NCBI GenBank assembly: GCA_009926935.1
Contig: RFNZ01000003.1
Coordinates: 98,551 to 162,550 of the forward strand
DNA length: 64,000 bases
Source: Pseudomonadota bacterium
Lineage (GTDB): Bacteria; Pseudomonadota; Alphaproteobacteria; Micavibrionales; UBA1664
Direction of reading: 5' to 3'
The position numbers were made by a program, and so were the translations under genes. Shown in pieces: positions 62,646-64,000 of this stretch (positions within the stretch are counted from its first letter, which is position 1; each line of letters starts with the position of its first letter). A model generated the notes under the pieces. That model made no database searches. It had not been told where the DNA came from and was given only the letters and a program-made list of their open reading frames with translations.

Positions 62646-62669
62646 GCATGCTTGGCGCGATGTTCACAG

Positions 62670-62924
62670 TTATTGACGACCGGATTTGAGATTAGCCACG
62701 TGCTGCTCGAGCGTGGCTGTCAGGCGCTCGAGTGCCGAAATCGCGCGCATAAGGGTGGGTTGTAGCGCTGGGTCAGGTTTGGCTTTGAGTTCCTTATGGA
62801 GTGTGATCGATTCCTTATCCAGCATCTTCATATCGACGCGTTTGCCGGCTTTGACATCGGCCTCGGCTTTCTCGACACCTTCGATGAGGGCTTCGAGGCG
62901 TTCCTTATGGTTCATTTTCTGCAT
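62670..62924 (-). CDS. Small helical hypothetical protein in the fliOP operon
   Basis: 84-aa charged helical ORF between the FlhB-C-like gene and fliO. No family recognised. Confidence 0.4.
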   Translation of the reverse strand: MQKMNHKERLEALIEGVEKAEADVKAGKRVDMKMLDKESITLHKELKAKPDPALQPTLMRAISALERLTATLEQHVANLKSGRQ

Positions 62925-63279
62925 CTTTTTTCAGCTCCTCTTTTAGTACCGCGTCAAAAGGGTTGGGTTCGCCATTGGCCTGATAGACATAGGCCAGAAT
63001 TTCACCGACGGCCATCAGGGCTTCGGTCGGGACCGGGCTATCGAGTTCAAACTTTGCCAGAAGCTCGGCCAGATTGGCATCCTCACGCACTTTGACGCCG
63101 TTTTGAAAGGCAATTTCCAGAATTTTACGTGCGACTTCACCCCGCCCTGCTGCCGTGACCTGCGGCACCAAATTTTGGGCGCTGCGATCCTTTAAGGCGA
63201 CCGCCACCTGTCGTTGCGGCAAAGCCTCGGCATTCAGGGGTTTGAGCGGGTCTTCTTCTGGTAATTCGGGGTTTGGCAC
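62905..63279 (-). CDS. Stand-alone FlhB C-terminal-domain-like protein (EscU/YscU/FlhB autocleavage-domain family, YlqH-like)
   Basis: VAVALKDRSAQNLVPQVTAAGRGEVARKILEIAFQNGVKVREDANLAELL...PVPTEALMAVGEILAYVY parallels the FlhB C-domain. The ORF maximum extends to TTG 63378. GTG at 63279 or 63207 are more likely starts. Confidence 0.6.
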   Translation of the reverse strand: MPNPELPEEDPLKPLNAEALPQRQVAVALKDRSAQNLVPQVTAAGRGEVARKILEIAFQNGVKVREDANLAELLAKFELDSPVPTEALMAVGEILAYVYQANGEPNPFDAVLKEELKKDAENEP

Positions 63280-63289
63280 GGTTTTCGCA
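63274..63289 (+). promoter_or_regulatory. Sigma54 (-24/-12) promoter of flgB-flgC
   Basis: TGGCACGGTTTTCGCA (GG-N10-GC) is 15/16 identical to the flgI promoter. It lies ~90 nt upstream of the flgB ATG. Confidence 0.7.
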
Positions 63290-63377
63290 ATATCCTTACG
63301 CGGTGGAAAAAAATGGTTTGGTCGGAGTTGCTTACCAACTCCTTCCGTAAAAAAACCAATAAGAGCGGAGAAAAACA

Positions 63378-63803
63378 ATGATGCTCGATGGTATTGGCCT
63401 CTTTAGAGGCATTATGGCGAAGATGAACTGGCTTGACCAGAACCAGCAAGTCATCGCCCAGAACGTTGCGAACTCGGATACGCCGGGATTTCGTCCAAAG
63501 TCGCTTAAAGAAGCCGATTTTGATAGCTATCTTGGTGCCTCTCTTGGGCGCGGGGCCACTGCCCCTGTCAAGCTACTGGCAACGGATGGCGAACATTTTG
63601 GCGCGGTTCAGCGCGGATATAATTCTCCAGGGATCGGCAAACAGAAGACCATTTACGAGGCTAGCCCCGATGATAACGGCGTTGTCATTGAAGAGCAGCT
63701 CTTCAGAGCCAACAAAAACAGTATGGAATATCAGATAGCAAGCGACCTGTATCGCCGCAGCACAGGCATGATGCGCGCTGTTCTACAGGGTTCGAGAGGA
63801 TAA
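63378..63803 (+). CDS. flgB: Flagellar proximal rod protein FlgB
   Basis: NWLDQNQQVIAQNVANSDTPGFRPK rod motif. GGAG RBS 7 nt upstream of the ATG at 63378. Confidence 0.9.
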   Translation: MMLDGIGLFRGIMAKMNWLDQNQQVIAQNVANSDTPGFRPKSLKEADFDSYLGASLGRGATAPVKLLATDGEHFGAVQRGYNSPGIGKQKTIYEASPDDNGVVIEEQLFRANKNSMEYQIASDLYRRSTGMMRAVLQGSRG

Positions 63804-63814
63804 GGAGGATTGTC

Positions 63815-64000
63815 ATGCAGATTATGAACGCCATTGGAATTTCAGCCAGCGGGATGCATGCGCAAGGGGACCGCCTGCGCGTGATTTCTGAGAATATCGC
63901 CAACGCCGATACAGCTGCGGCCCAACCCAACGAAGACCCTTATCGCCGCAAGACGGTCTTGTTCAAGAACGTGATGGACAAAGAATTGGGTGCCGCTACC
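63815..64000 (+). CDS. flgC: Flagellar proximal rod protein FlgC (5' partial, runs off the window)
   Basis: Not in the ORF track because no stop is reached. AAGGAGG RBS precedes the ATG at 63815. My translation is MQIMNAIGISASGMHAQGDRLRVISENIANADTAAAQPNEDPYRRKTVLF, which is the FlgC N-terminal signature. Confidence 0.9.
   Translation, partial: MQIMNAIGISASGMHAQGDRLRVISENIANADTAAAQPNEDPYRRKTVLFKNVMDKELGAAT

Noticed and set aside
1-64000. Searched by eye for CRISPR arrays, tRNA/rRNA genes, IS elements, integrases, toxin-antitoxin pairs and classical defence-system genes.
   Set aside because: I found no repeat-spacer periodicity, no cloverleaf-like or rRNA-like segments, no transposase, integrase or recombinase motifs, and no terminal inverted repeats. 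The window reads as conserved chromosomal housekeeping plus flagellar DNA.

Overview
This window looks like a chromosomal segment from an alphaproteobacterium. The evidence is gene content: CtrA, FlbD/FliX, FlbT/FlaF and a class-2 PyrD. Positions 1-14.3 kb hold mixed metabolic and envelope genes. These are an EctA-like GNAT plus an EctB-like diaminobutyrate transaminase without ectC; a YejA/B/E-like peptide ABC importer interrupted by kdsB, a histidine phosphatase and an orphan gene, with no ATPase gene; an LMW tyrosine phosphatase; a translationally coupled pgsA-pyrD-HAD operon; ctrA; and an unusual neighbour carrying two OmpR-type winged-helix domains. Positions 14.4-64 kb form a nearly continuous flagellar/motility supercluster: fliIJ; fliF-fliG-fliH-fliN-motA; flbD; flhA-flhF-flhG plus a FliK-like proline-rich protein; flaG-like, flaF and flbT; two tandem ~560-aa flagellins; a TPR/glycosyltransferase/pyruvyl-transferase-like fusion; flgI-flgJ(N)-flbY-like-fliK-flgD-flgE; fliX; dksA; flgFGAH; fliLM; motE-like; cheY-cheZ; two MotB-like genes plus a 1065-aa secreted protein; fliOP; a stand-alone FlhB-C-like gene; and flgB plus partial flgC. 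The regulatory layout is Caulobacter-like. CtrA, FlbD, FliX and FlbT/FlaF are present, there are three near-identical -24/-12 (sigma54) promoters, and no fliA/flgM is visible. I saw no rRNA, tRNA, CRISPR array, transposase, integrase or prophage signature. The most unusual items are the tandem winged-helix CtrA paralogue, the tri-domain enzyme beside the giant flagellins, the MotB-like pair with the AMIN-like giant protein, and a second FliK-like protein. All functional calls rest on reading motifs by eye. No database search was run.
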